Below are positions 38,553-51,421 of a stretch of DNA of 64,000 bases, in pieces. The stretch lies in the NCBI RefSeq assembly GCF_006345805.1, contig NC_043001.1, positions 87,296,001 through 87,360,000 of the forward strand, given 5' to 3'. The first letter of the stretch is position 1. Each line of letters opens with the position of its first letter. The stretch comes from Octopus sinensis (Eukaryota). Below the pieces are notes generated by a model. It did not search any database and was not told the origin of the DNA. It saw only the letters and a list, made by a program, of their open reading frames with translations. The position numbers and the translations under genes are program-made.

Positions 38553-39120
38553 CAGACAGATAGATACATGCACGAATATTAATGTTTGATCTTTCTTTTT
38601 GTACGTGGAGGCGCAATGGCCCAGTGGTTAGGGCAGCGGACTCGCGGTCGGAGGATCGCGGTTTCGATTCCCAGACCGGGCGTTGTGTGTGTTTATTGAG
38701 CGAAAACACCTAAAAGTTCCATGACCCCTGTTGTACTCTTCCGCCACAACTTTCTCTCACTCTCTCTTCCTGTTTCTTGAGTAACGATGAGATGGACAGG
38801 CGTCCCGTCCTGCTGGGGGGAACACATACGCTACAGAAACCGAGAAACCGGACCCATGGACCTGGCTAGGCTTGAAAAAGGCGACGTTCGTTACGTTCGT
38901 TCTTTTTGTAGTCAAACATTGTGAAAGCATTACTGAATAAATTTATGTTGATTCTACAACTCAAGGGAAAAGTTGACAGTGACTTCGAAACTTTGGCTGT
39001 TGTTGACTGATGAAGCCTTCAATTGGCAAAACCGAAATCACAACCAGTGAAACTTTACTTTGCAACAAAGTGTGCTAGCGCGTGCACATATATGCATGTA
39101 TTTGTACATGGATATGTGCG

Positions 39121-39161
<41 letters not shown>

Positions 39162-39469
39162 ACGCACGCACACATACATACATACATACTTACATACATA
39201 CATACAGACAGACAGACAGACAGACAGACACACACATTCACACATACATACTGACACACATTCACACATACATACATGGTCTAACATTGGAGACGATCAA
39301 ACTTTTTATGACACGCAAACCTGTCTGACAACTCTTGCTCGGACTTTTTCTGTATTTCTTTGGGGGTGGGGGTTGAAGCCTAAAACCATCACACCCTCAA
39401 GGCGATAGATATCAGTCATTTCGGCAACCACTAATACTATAGGGTGTTCAGAAAGTCCCTCAGCAGTAA

Positions 39470-39620
39470 GTATTTAATGGTTTTCGGGCGATTCTTGTAC
39501 ACTGATCTTTTACTTGCTCCTCAGGCAAAAAGTCTGGCGGTGTTAAATCTGGTGATCTTGGTGGTCAAAGTCCCTTTAAAACAATCTGTTCACCGAAAAC
39601 CTCAGGAAATAGCGCCATGA
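39470..39620 (-). mobile_element. Tc1/mariner-superfamily transposase fragment
   Basis: EVFGEQIVLKGL*PPRSPDLTPPDF (WPPRSPDLTP motif). Confidence 0.65.
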
Positions 39621-40411
39621 TGATGCGCAGGGGGAAAAACAAGTCACTGCGGAGAAACTTTTTGAACACCCACTATTTTTGTTTTTACAATAACAACAAT
39701 GAGATAGAGAAGGAGGAAAACAAAGGGAGAGGGAGATAGAGGCATAGAGAGAGAGAGAAACAGAGAGAGAGAGAGAGACATTGGCAACAAGCCACGCCTC
39801 TTATCTAGAACAAGGTAGTCAGAAAAAGTTGTCGTAGAGAAATTACCCTCCCACCATCTGCTACATATACAATTCCTCTTTCCATTTCTCCATTTCGTTG
39901 CTTTTCTCTTACCATTCCTCATTTTTCTCTCTAAATACTACTATTCATTCTACATCGCTAACTCACTCTCTTCACCTCTCTATCTTTACTATTATTTTCA
40001 CTTCTCTCACTCACTCTTTCTCTTTCTCTCTCTCTCACTCTCTACCTCAGATATTATTATATATATATATATATATATATACATATATATATTAGTCACT
40101 CTCACTTTCTTTACTTCTCTATCTTCACCATTCTCTCACTTATTCTCTTAGTCTCACTCTAAGCTATTCCCTATATCTCACTCGCTCACTCTCTTCTGCA
40201 CTCAGCCGTTACCATTCCCTCCCAGTATATTTCTTACTCTCTTTCTTTTACTCCCTCCAACCATCCCTTATATTTCTTACCCACTCTCTTCACCTCTCTA
40301 TCATTAACGTTCTGTGTATATTTCTCACTCCTTTGCTCTCTTTGTCTCTGTCTCCCTCTCTTTCTGTCTGTCTATCTGTCTGTTTCTCTCTCTCTTTCTC
40401 TCACTCAGCCA

Positions 40412-40460
<49 letters not shown>

Positions 40461-40742
40461 CATATACATGTATATCCTGCTCACACCCTTTCACCCTCAG
40501 CCACTCCCTCTATATCATTTATTCCCCTCTATCTCTTTAACATTCATTCTCTCTTGTATTTCCTTTATATATCGCTTATTCCCCTCTCTATTTATTCATT
40601 CTCTTTCTTTTTTTTACTCACTTTGACACTTAATCGTTTCCATTCTCTTTCACTCTTAATATTCATTCATATTTTTCTCTCTCAATTGTTTAGGCACTCC
40701 TCTTTCTCTTCTGGTTTTCTTATATTTTGCTTGTCTTAACAG

Positions 40743-40822
40743 ACACCGCACTGCACATATAAATACCTATAAAACAAGATCTATTCCAGACGTTGAAAAG
40801 GGCCCGCTTTCAACCATGAGTG
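40743..40822 (+). CDS. Candidate 80-nt exon ending ATG AGT G|gtaagt (5'UTR+start codon, or internal HRTAHINTYKTRSIPDVEKGPLSTMS)
   Basis: Very long polypyrimidine tract ending ttgtcttaacag|, consensus donor gtaagt at 40823-40828, one open frame. Confidence 0.45.
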
Positions 40823-41742
40823 GTAAGTTTGGGCAATTTTTTTCCCTTCAGATTTTGCTTCGTTGTTTACTTGCATCACATTATTTTTTGACGTGATTGG
40901 ATACCGCTCTACTCATAACATAATTATCTTAAAACTATTCCTTAAGGTTTTCACATAAAATTTATAAATGAATGCAATTTAGTCTTCCAAGTTCACATAT
41001 CAGAGTTGAGAAAAATATTAAGGGTAATTCTGAAATTCTTTTGAATACACGTAATGACTCTTAAGTAATAGGAAGCTAAATATCTTTCACCATGATTAAG
41101 AAACATGTTATTTTCCTGAAGAAAATTAACAGTTTAACTTTATACGAACTGTTTTATCTCACTATCAACATCTCTGTCGTCATTCGCACTCTAGTGTGAC
41201 TTGGTGTCTACGTTTGATGTCTTACGCTTTTGGTGACTAGGTGCTCATGTACCTATGAGCAATCACAGACACCCCATCTAACTCGCCCACCCCTCACTCC
41301 GGCGGAAGGTCCAAGATGTGACAGCTTGGATGGTAAAAGGGGTGCAACCTAGCATTGAACTAGTTCTTTATTTTATCAACTCCAGAAGGAGAAAAAGGCA
41401 AACTTGTAACCCGTGCGATTTGAATTTGAAATGTAAAGAGCCCAAATAAATACTACGAATGTATTCTCTTTTACGCGCTAACGATTTGGCTGATTCACCA
41501 CTTTGAGTTTCACATAGAAAATATATCACTCTGGAAAAATTGTATGTGTGTGTGTGTGTGTGTGTAACTTGTACATCCCTACCACCAACTTTGTTTCCTC
41601 ATAACTTTCGGAAAAATGAATATTTTTTAATGAAATTTTCTACAAATACTTTTCAGATTGTAAATTACGATTATATTGAAATTTAACGTAAAAAGAAAAA
41701 TGGTACACACACACAAAAGAGACGACAAAGGAAAACGATTAT

Positions 41743-41878
<136 letters not shown>

Positions 41879-41888
41879 ATTATATAAA

Positions 41889-41926
<38 letters not shown>

Positions 41927-41982
41927 TATATATAATATATATATAATATATATATATACTTATACATACATACATACATACA

Positions 41983-42016
<34 letters not shown>

Positions 42017-42139
42017 CATACGTACATACATACATACAAACATGAAATGAAACATTACATTTTGGAAAAAAAATTGTTATGTGTCTGGATGTGCAGTGTT
42101 TTTTTAAAATTTAATTGTTGTTTTTTTTACATTAAATTC

Positions 42140-43560
42140 CGATATATATATGCAATCTACCATAATCTGAAAGGTATTTATTGAAAAAAATCATAAAAAA
42201 TACTCATTTTTCTGAAAGTTATGAGAAAACAAAGTCGGCTTATTGAATTCTCCGAAACTCCTCTCCCCCACACCTCTGAAAAAAGAATTTCGCAACAAAT
42301 TCCGATATAATCATAATCTACACCATCTGAAAGGTATTTGTAAAAAAAAATTAATGGTAAATTTTTACCAACCCAAAGAAATACTCGCTAAGAAACAAAA
42401 AAAAGGGGGCGGTAGGTGTGCTTATTCAGAAATTCCGCCATTATTTGATTACACTTTAAGAGAAAATCGCCCCAGTCATTCATTGTAAATTATAACAAAT
42501 ATTCTGCTTTTATAATATGGCTTGCGGTTACGTTGGTTTCGAAGCATTTGTCCATTATTCTTTTTCAGATTGATTTTAAAAGCTACATCTTGTTATCAGG
42601 TTGCGGCCATGCTCGGGCACCGCATTGAAGGATTTAATCGAACAAACCGACCCAGTGCTTATTTTTTTTTTTTATCCTGATACTTATTCTATCGGAACCT
42701 TTTGCCGAACTGTTAAGTTATGGGGGTGGGGGTAAACAAACCAATACCTATTGTCAAGTGGTTTGAGCGACTAACGAACACAAAGATGCACGCACATAGA
42801 TATATACATAATATATACGATGGGCATCTTTCAGTTTCCACTTTCCAAATCCTCTCTCAAGACTTTAGTAGCCCGTAACTATAGTGAAAGAAACTTGCCC
42901 AACTGGGACTGAATTCGAGACCGCTTGGTTTGTAAGCAAGCTTTTAAACCACAGCCACACACTTACATGTCAATCATTTAGGTAAGTTTTTAGATAAACA
43001 CACGCACGATTTTCACTAAAAAAAAAAAATCGGATTTTTTGCGTGGAATCAAGTGCTCTGACCTCCTAATATGCTGCAAATCCCTTATTTTGGTTCGGAA
43101 AGTGGGGGAGGAGGGGCTGCTTCCCCCCCCCCGTCCCGGAATCATTAAAGAAATCCGAATTTTTTTTTTCTTAGTGAAAATCGTGCGGATGTTAATTTAA
43201 AAATTTACCGAACTTTCCAACAGTCCTCTCCCCATCCCTTAGGAAAAACATTTTCCCCACAAATTTCTTTATAATCGTAATCCATGGTGTTTGAAAGGTG
43301 TTTTTTTATAACATTTCAATTAAAGATCTTCATTTTCCTGAAAGTTACGAGGGGGGAAAAAACGGATCGTGTGAATTTTCCGACAGTCCTCTCCCCAGCC
43401 TTTCGGAAAAATTTCTCCCCAGAAATTTCTTTATAATCGTAATTTGTGCCATGTAAACGGCATTTCTATAAAATTTCGTTAATATATATCCATTTTCCTG
43501 AAAGTTATGAGGGAAAAATCGGATCTTGTGAATTTTCCGAAAGTCGTCTCCCCACCCACA
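42140..43560. repeat. Degenerate ~160-bp minisatellite units (ttttcctgaaagttatgag...gaattttccga..tcctctcccc) plus a MITE-like inverted repeat at 43004-43188
   Basis: Units recur near 42150, 43211, 43373 and 43530; arms gcacgattttcactaa / ttagtgaaaatcgtgc. Confidence 0.6.
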
Positions 43561-43884
43561 CCTCGTTCATTTGCGCAAAATTTGTTTTTTTTTCATATTC
43601 GTTTTCTACACTTCTTTACACCTAGTAGACTGGTTTCTTTGTGTGTGTATGTGTGTGTGTGTGTGTTTTCGTTTATGGGTCTCAAATTGATCAAAGTATA
43701 TATGAATGGCTGGCTTAGCAGCATTATAGGACCTCCGGCCAAATCAATACACAGGGCCCTATGTGGCAGCCAAGCTACAACATACACAGATCAGAATTGG
43801 GCCCCTCGAGCAGTGAGGCCCCAGGGCCACTACCCAATGTGCTCATACCTTAAGACACCACTGTGTCTGTGCGTGTGCAAATTT

Positions 43885-43970
<86 letters not shown>

Positions 43971-46009
43971 CTATTGTGGAGGTGCATGGCTTAATGGTTC
44001 GGGTGTCAGCATCATGATCGTAAGATTGGGGTTTCGATTCCTGGACCTGGTGACGCATTGAGTTCTTGAGCAAAACACTTCATTTCACATTGCTCCAGTC
44101 CACTCTGCTGACAAAAATGAGTAATGCTGCGATGGACTGGCATCCTGTCCAGCTGGGGAATACATGTGCCATTGAAACCGAGAAACCGGGCCCATGAACC
44201 TGGCTAGGCTTTAAAAGGGCGTATTTATTTTTATTTATATATATATATATCTATTATAGTACTTAAAGTTATGCTGTTAATGTTTTGCTGCCAGTGCTCA
44301 CAAAACAAAATTGTAACAGTAATATATGCACCTACATGTGCGCGTAATACTCGCATGCGCTCTCACATTCAATAAGTTACTCTTTGTAAGTACAAGCGTG
44401 AGTTTGATGTTCGTCTTCCTTTGCTAGTATGGGTGGGACGAATATTATTGAGGTATAGCTTTACAGACGGATGCTTTCCCTATTCTTCTCTTTTACTTGT
44501 TTCTGTCAGTGGACTGTGGCCATGCTGGGGCACCACCTTGAAGGGTTTTTTTGTCGAACACAGTGACCCCTCCCCCCAGTATTTATTCTTAAAATTCTGG
44601 TACTTAGTCTATTCTTGTAACAAACTGTTAAGTTATGGAGATGTAAACAAACCAACACCAGTTCTCAAGCAGTGGGGGACAGACTCACACAATAAATACA
44701 TACATACACATACACAAACACACACGTACACACACTCACACACATAGGTGAAGGCGTGGTTGTTTGGTATAAAGCTTGCATCTCAACCACACGGTCCCAT
44801 GGCCCACATGGTCCCGGATTCAGCTCCACTGCATCGGCCTCAGGCTGATCAAAGCTTTGTGAGTGGATTTGGATGATGGAAGCTGAAAGAATATGTGTGT
44901 GTGTGTGTGTGTGTGTGTGTAACTTAGCAGTTGGGCAAAAGAGAACAATAGAATAAGTACCAGGCTTTAAACAAAAAAAAAAATGTACTGGGGTCGATTC
45001 ATTCAACTAAAGATTATTGAAGCCACAGTCTAATGACTTAAACAGATAAAAAGAAAAAAGAGAACATATGTACAAACACATACTGTATATGTATGAATAT
45101 ACATACATTTACACACACACATACACACAATCAGTAAAATTCAGTCACACACACGCATGTATCATCATTGCTGTCATTATTTTAAATTCCACTTTTCAAT
45201 GTCTGTATGTCTCAGATGGAGTTTATTGAGGCAGGTTTCTACAGCCAGATGCTCTCCATGTTACCAACCATCACCTGTTTCCCCTGGCTAGTCATGTTTA
45301 TGCAGAATGTTGGAAAAGAATGGCATTCATTTACAACAGTCCTACACTTTCAAGATGAAGAACCACAAACACACACACACATACACACAACAGACTTCTT
45401 ACAATAGATGCCAGCGCTGCCTGATTGGCATCCGTGTCAGTGACACGTAAAAGCACCAACCGATCGTGGTCGTTTGCCAGCCTCCCCTGGCCCCTGTGCC
45501 GGTGGCACATAAAAAGCACCCACTACACTCAATGAGTGGTTGGCATTAGGAAGGGCATCCAGCTGTAGAAACACTGCCAGATCAGACTGGAGCCTGGTGC
45601 AGCCTCCTGGCTTCCCAGACTCTGGTCAAACTGTCCAACCCATGATAGCATGAAAACGGACGTTAAACGATGATGAGGATGATGATGATGATGATAAATC
45701 ACAAAGCTTTGGTCAGCCCCTCGAGCAAGACACTTGCCTGAGATATGCTGTCAAACTGAACCTGAAACCTTGAGGTTAGGAAGCAAACTTGTTAATCACA
45801 CAACCTTGCCTGTGCATATATATGTGTGTGTGTGTTTATACACAATAATGTTGAACAGTGTGAATGAGTATTCAACACTGCATAGCTGGATGAATACTTT
45901 CTTTTTTTGTAGAGTCTGTGTATATCCTTAGGTTTCATGCACTGGATATTGCAATGTTCAAATTAGAAACAGTGGTAAAACCATCTACATTTCGGACTTG
46001 ACTACTAAA

Positions 46010-47165
46010 TACAAGGTGATATCAAAAAGTTCCCAGACTCTCTTTTACTCTTTCACTTGTTTCAGTCATTTGACTGTGGCCATGCTGGAACACCGCCTTT
46101 AGTTGAGCAAATCGACCCCAGGACTTATTCTTTAAAAGCCTAGTACTTATTCTGTCGGTCTCTTTTGCTGAACCGCTAAGTTACAGGGACGTAAACACAC
46201 CAGCATCAGTTGTCAAGTGATGTTAGGGGGACAAACACAGACACACAAACATATACATACAAATACATATATATATACATATATACGATGGGCTTCTTTC
46301 AGTTTCCGTCCACCAAATCCACTCACAAGGCTTTGGTTAGCCTGAGGCTATAGTAGAAGATACTTGCCCAAGGTGCCATGCAGTGGGACTGAACCCAGAA
46401 CCATGTGGTTGGTAAGCAAGCTACTTACCACACAGCCACTCCTATGCCTACTAGTTATGTTTGATAAAAAGAAATAACTTATTCACCTAAGTTTTTAACT
46501 TCATCTCCTTCAAAATAGTCTCCTTGCTATAGACCAGTCCTGGCATTCCTGCTACTTTGGAATCCAGCCTTGAGAACCTTCTGCAATTCACTCTGGACCT
46601 TGATAACGGTGACCTTTGAGCTGCATTTTCATCTTGGGGAAAAGATGGAAGTCTGTAGGTGTTAAATCTGGCGAATAGGGCAGGTGCAGAAGCAATACTA
46701 TGTTGCTTTTGGTGAGAAACTCACAAGTTAGGAGGGCATGGTGAAGAATCTAATTCTTCGTACTTCACAGATCTGGTCACTCTCGCTGAATGTCCTCTCT
46801 CAAACGCTTCAGAACATCACAGTAGAACTCTCTATTGATGGTCTGGTCCTAGGGGATGAATTTTCAATACACAATACTGCATTTCTGTGGGTGACACTCA
46901 TGGCAGGTCTCCCAAATCACTCATCATCTTCCAGGGACATTTTTCTGCTTTTGATGTGCCCATGCCACTTGAAACATTGTATATAGCCCATTGCCTCGCC
47001 GTAAGCTTGCTGAAGCATGCTCAATGTTTCTACAGCAGACTTCCCAACGCAGTGATGTCACTCTGCACCACACTGCCTCATGAAAGTCACTGCTAGCATG
47101 CGATTGTGTGCTGCCATCTGTTGGTGTGCTACAGAACTAGCCTGGGAACATTTTGATACCACACA
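46010..47165 (-). mobile_element. Internally deleted mariner element with both TIRs, SINE A nested at 46040-46447
   Basis: TIRs tacaaggtgatatcaaaaagttcccagact and agcctgggaacattttgatacc; GKSAVETLSMLQQAYGE..CFKWH..SLEDDE*FGRP; QTINREFYCDVLKRLRE. Confidence 0.85.
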
Positions 47166-48204
47166 CACACACATGTGTGTATGTATTATATTATTATTGT
47201 TGTTATTATTCATTTTACTAATGATAATAATTAATTATAATATCTATATAAATATTTTCACATATTTATTTTAGTGTATGTATATATATATATATATATA
47301 GCGGCGTACGTACACTTTGGTCTCTTATATGTAGCGTTTTTGCATTTGGTTTGCAAGATTCTTTATGTGAATTCGTGTGTTGAAGCACATTTTATTGTGT
47401 CTGGAGAGAGTAATTTTCTTTAGTGCCTTATTAATTTAACACACTCACTGGTCCGATTTCCACTCATTTACTTTTTTACTTTTACTAAAATTTTTACTAA
47501 ACACACATACATAGTCACACAAACCCATACACAGACACATTCAAACATGCACAGACAAAGAAACTGAAGTACACACATGCACACACACACTGACGCATAC
47601 TCAGTTCTGATAACAGACAGTCAATGACTATTGAAAAGGTTGCAAGACGCAACGAAAGTTTTAGTAAAAATAAGTAAATGAGTGGAAATCGAACTGGTGT
47701 AACTCTCCCCCAATACAATTATATATATATATATATCATCATCATCATCATCATCGTTTAACGTTCGCTTTCCATGCTAGCATGGGTTGGACGGTTCAAC
47801 TGGGGTCTGGGAAGCCCGAAGGCTGCACCAGGCCAGTCAGATCTGGCAGTGTTTCTACAGCTGGATGCCCTTCCTAACGCCAACCACTCCGAGAGTGTAG
47901 TGGGTGATTTTATGTGCCACCGACACAGGTGCCAGACGAGGCTGGCGAACGGCCACGCTCGGATGGTGCTTTTTATGTGCCACCGGCACGGAGGTCAGTC
48001 AATGCGGCACTGGCTACGGCCACGTTCGGATGGTTTTCGTATGTGCCACCGGCACTTGTACCACAAAACTACAAATTCCATTAATGTTCATCGAGTTTGC
48101 TTTTGATTTTGTCCATTTTCACTTGCCTCAACAGGTCTTCACAAGTAGAGTTATGTGTCCCAAGAAGGAAGGTATGCATAGGTGCACTGACTACGTTCCA
48201 GGTA

Positions 48205-48305
48205 GGGGCCATGGGTTATGGCCTCACTTGTCCAGCCAGGTCTTCTCACGCACAGCATACTTCCAAAGGTCTCGGTCTCTGGTCATTTCCTCGGTGAGAC
48301 CTAAA
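48205..48305 (-). mobile_element. RTE LINE C-terminal coding end joined to a family C 3' region
   Basis: LGLTEEMTRDRDLWKYAVREKTWLDK*, contiguous with 47737-48200. Confidence 0.7.
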
Positions 48306-48845
48306 GCCCCCACCCCTGTCCAATGGACTGTGCTCTGAATCATATCTGCTGAATAAAAAGCAATCAGTGTTTTCTTTTCATTAAAAAATAATTAAGCATG
48401 CCTTTATTTCAATAAAGTTTTTGGTTTTGTTAAACGAAGTTCAGGCAAAAAAAAAACTTCTTGAGAAACTAAATAGTCTTTCTTTCCTTCAGGCCAAGTT
48501 TGAAGAAAATATCGCTTTTGCAACTTACTTTTTTGGTCTCTTAAACATACTGCATTTTGTGGCATTATTTCAAGCCAGCCGGCTTTTTTTGCGCATACTG
48601 CACGTGCATTTTTCTCGTGTACATGTAGTATCGATCGCAACAGCTAATGTACTTGCACATACAAATGCACGTTCACATGGCTTTATTGATCACATTCTCA
48701 TCTGGAATCGATTTTTGTGATTTTTTTCAAAACTTGTACATGCCCTGAGATCGACGGTATCTACATATCAAATTTGAGCGCGATCAGATGGAGGATGCCC
48801 GAGATCCTAGAAGACATATACACACACACAGACAAAATAGATTAT

Positions 48846-48923
<78 letters not shown>

Positions 48924-49153
48924 CTATCTATCTGTGACCTCTTGAGCACCGCCAGCAATTATTTTTCCTCTGTCTTCCCTTCTCGGGATCTTTCCTTCTC
49001 CTTTGTTTCCGACGAAGAGCTCCACTCGAAACGTTAAACCCTCCTTCTTCCCTTCTTTCCTGAGTGTCCAATAATACTTTATTTGTTCCGCGTTGCTGTG
49101 TTTTTTTGTGTTTTCTTGTTTGGATTAACTTTATCTATCTATCTATCTATCTA

Positions 49154-49190
<37 letters not shown>

Positions 49191-50197
49191 GTACACATAC
49201 ATATGACTATCTGTTTGTCATCTATCAGGCCAATGACTCAATTAATTATGTGTTGATCTCTTATCTTTAAAAGAGCACAATTCATATACTTCCTCCAATA
49301 GTAGATATTTTGTGACTTTCATCCAGGCCATCACTGTCACCAGAACTCTTACTACTACTACTACTACTACTCTTATCACAACATGCTCAGAAAGAAACAT
49401 ATTCTGCTTCATAGATATGGTGGTAACAGCGTTGCTGGGATTACACATAAACTCTCTCTCTCTCTCACGCATATACTCGCTGAACTTGTACATGATATAT
49501 GAATATTTGATAGGCACAAATATACAAACATAAGCGGAGACAGATTATATTGTACATAAAGGATATGTTGCTATTTCAGAACTACACTACAGAAAGAATA
49601 ATTACTTTTATATATCTATAAATACACACACATGTATACACACTTGTGCATGTTCACCACATACATTACTGTATTGCTTGGCTTAGCTTCATGCTTTTGC
49701 TTGATGGGGCTGGGATCCTTCCAAGTTAGTGGTCCCAGTACTTAATTTTGTTAAGCTTGGTACTTAATTCTCTCTTTTACAGGACATAAACACATGAACA
49801 CTGTCTATCAAGCAGTGGTGGGAGAGACGGACACAGACACAAAGACATACAGATTCATTTATATATGTATATATATATCATCATCATCATCATCATTGTT
49901 TAACGTCCGTTTTCTGCGCTAGCATGGGTTGGACGGTTCGACCAGGGTCTGGGAAGCCAGGAGGCTGCACCAGGCTCCAGTCTGATCTGGCAGTGTTTCT
50001 ACAGCTGGATGCCCTTCCTAACGCCAACCACTCCGCGAGTGTAGTGGGTGCTTTTTACATGCCTCTGGCACAGGTGCCAGGGGAGTCTGACAGTGGCCAC
50101 GATCGGTTGGTGCTTTTAACGTGCCACCGGCACGGAAGCCAGTTAAGGCGGCGCTGGCATCAGCCACGTTCGGATGGTGCTTTTTACGTGCCACCGG

Positions 50198-50250
<53 letters not shown>

Positions 50251-50574
50251 GTCAGGCTTCTTTTAGTTTCCATCTTTCACTCACAAGGCTTTGGTTGGCT
50301 CGAGCCTATAGTAGAAGATATTCGCTCAAATGAATTGAATAATCACTAACAAAAATAAAAACCAACCAACAAACGTTTTAACGTTGTGCTTCAAGGTGGA
50401 AACAAATTAATGGATAGAGCAGGTGTGGTTAAGAGTCAAAGAGTTGGAAGAAAAGGAGAAAAGGAAGGAATGAAAAAAGAGAAGAAACAGAAGAAAGAAA
50501 ATTTGCTATCGTTTTGGGCAGGGTTCACCAAACCTTTTTCACAGCAGGCCAGATAACTGAGAGAGTGACAAGCG

Positions 50575-51218
50575 CATATATGGGGATAGGATGATAAGCG
50601 TATGCCGGTCTCAACTGTGGTTCCAGAAATTCCAAGTCAGAAACTACAGCCTAGAAGACAAGCCTCATCCTGGAAGATCTGTAGAGCTCGACAAGGACAT
50701 CTTGCAAACCCTGGTGGAACAAAATCCCATCGTAACTGTTGAGAAACTAGCAGAGAAGCTTGGATTTGGTCATTCAACTAGTCATTCAAGTCAGCGCTAG
50801 AAGGAAAATGACCATCTTTGGTTTCAAGTCAAAAAGTATTCTTCCATCAGGATAATGCTTCGCCACATACAGTGAGGATGACATTCCAAAGGCTGGTGCA
50901 GTTTGAATGGGATGTGATGCCTCATCCACCATATTTGCTGGGTATTGCCCCATCTCATCAATTATTCCTCAGTCTTCAAAATCATTTGGACGCAAAAAAT
51001 ATCATTCTGTAGATGAGGTCAGAATAGTACTGGAGGAGTATTTTTTGTGATGGAAAAGTGAATTTTGGAAGAGGGGCCTTGAAAGTCTACCTGATAGATG
51101 GAAGAGCATTGTAGAAAATGAAGGAGAGTATATTTCAGATTAAATATGAACTTTATCTTAATTTTGAAAAATAAAAGAATTATGAAAAAAAACGCATTAT
51201 TTATGGGATGACCCAATA
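50575..51218 (+). mobile_element. Internally deleted mariner transposase remnant with 3' TIR
   Basis: WFQKFQVRNYSLEDKPHPGRS..LAEKLG; FHQDNASPHT..WDVMPHPPY; RGLESLPDRWKSIVENEGEY; TIR ...cattatttatgggatgacccaata. Confidence 0.85.
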
Positions 51219-51303
51219 TATATGCATGTATGTATATAGATAGATAGTTAGATAGATAGATAGATAGATAGATAGATTGATAGATAGATAGATAGATAGA
51301 TAT

Positions 51304-51357
<54 letters not shown>

Positions 51358-51358
51358 T

Positions 51359-51421
<63 letters not shown>

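Noticed and set aside
38605-38680. tRNA-like sequence
   Set aside because: A and B boxes are present but there is no paired acceptor stem, and the sequence runs into a SINE body; it is a SINE head, not a tRNA gene.
38995-39046. CTGATGA-agcc..ggc-AAAA hammerhead-like string
   Set aside because: GAAA is mutated and no valid NUH triplet with a paired stem I can be built; at most a dead relic.
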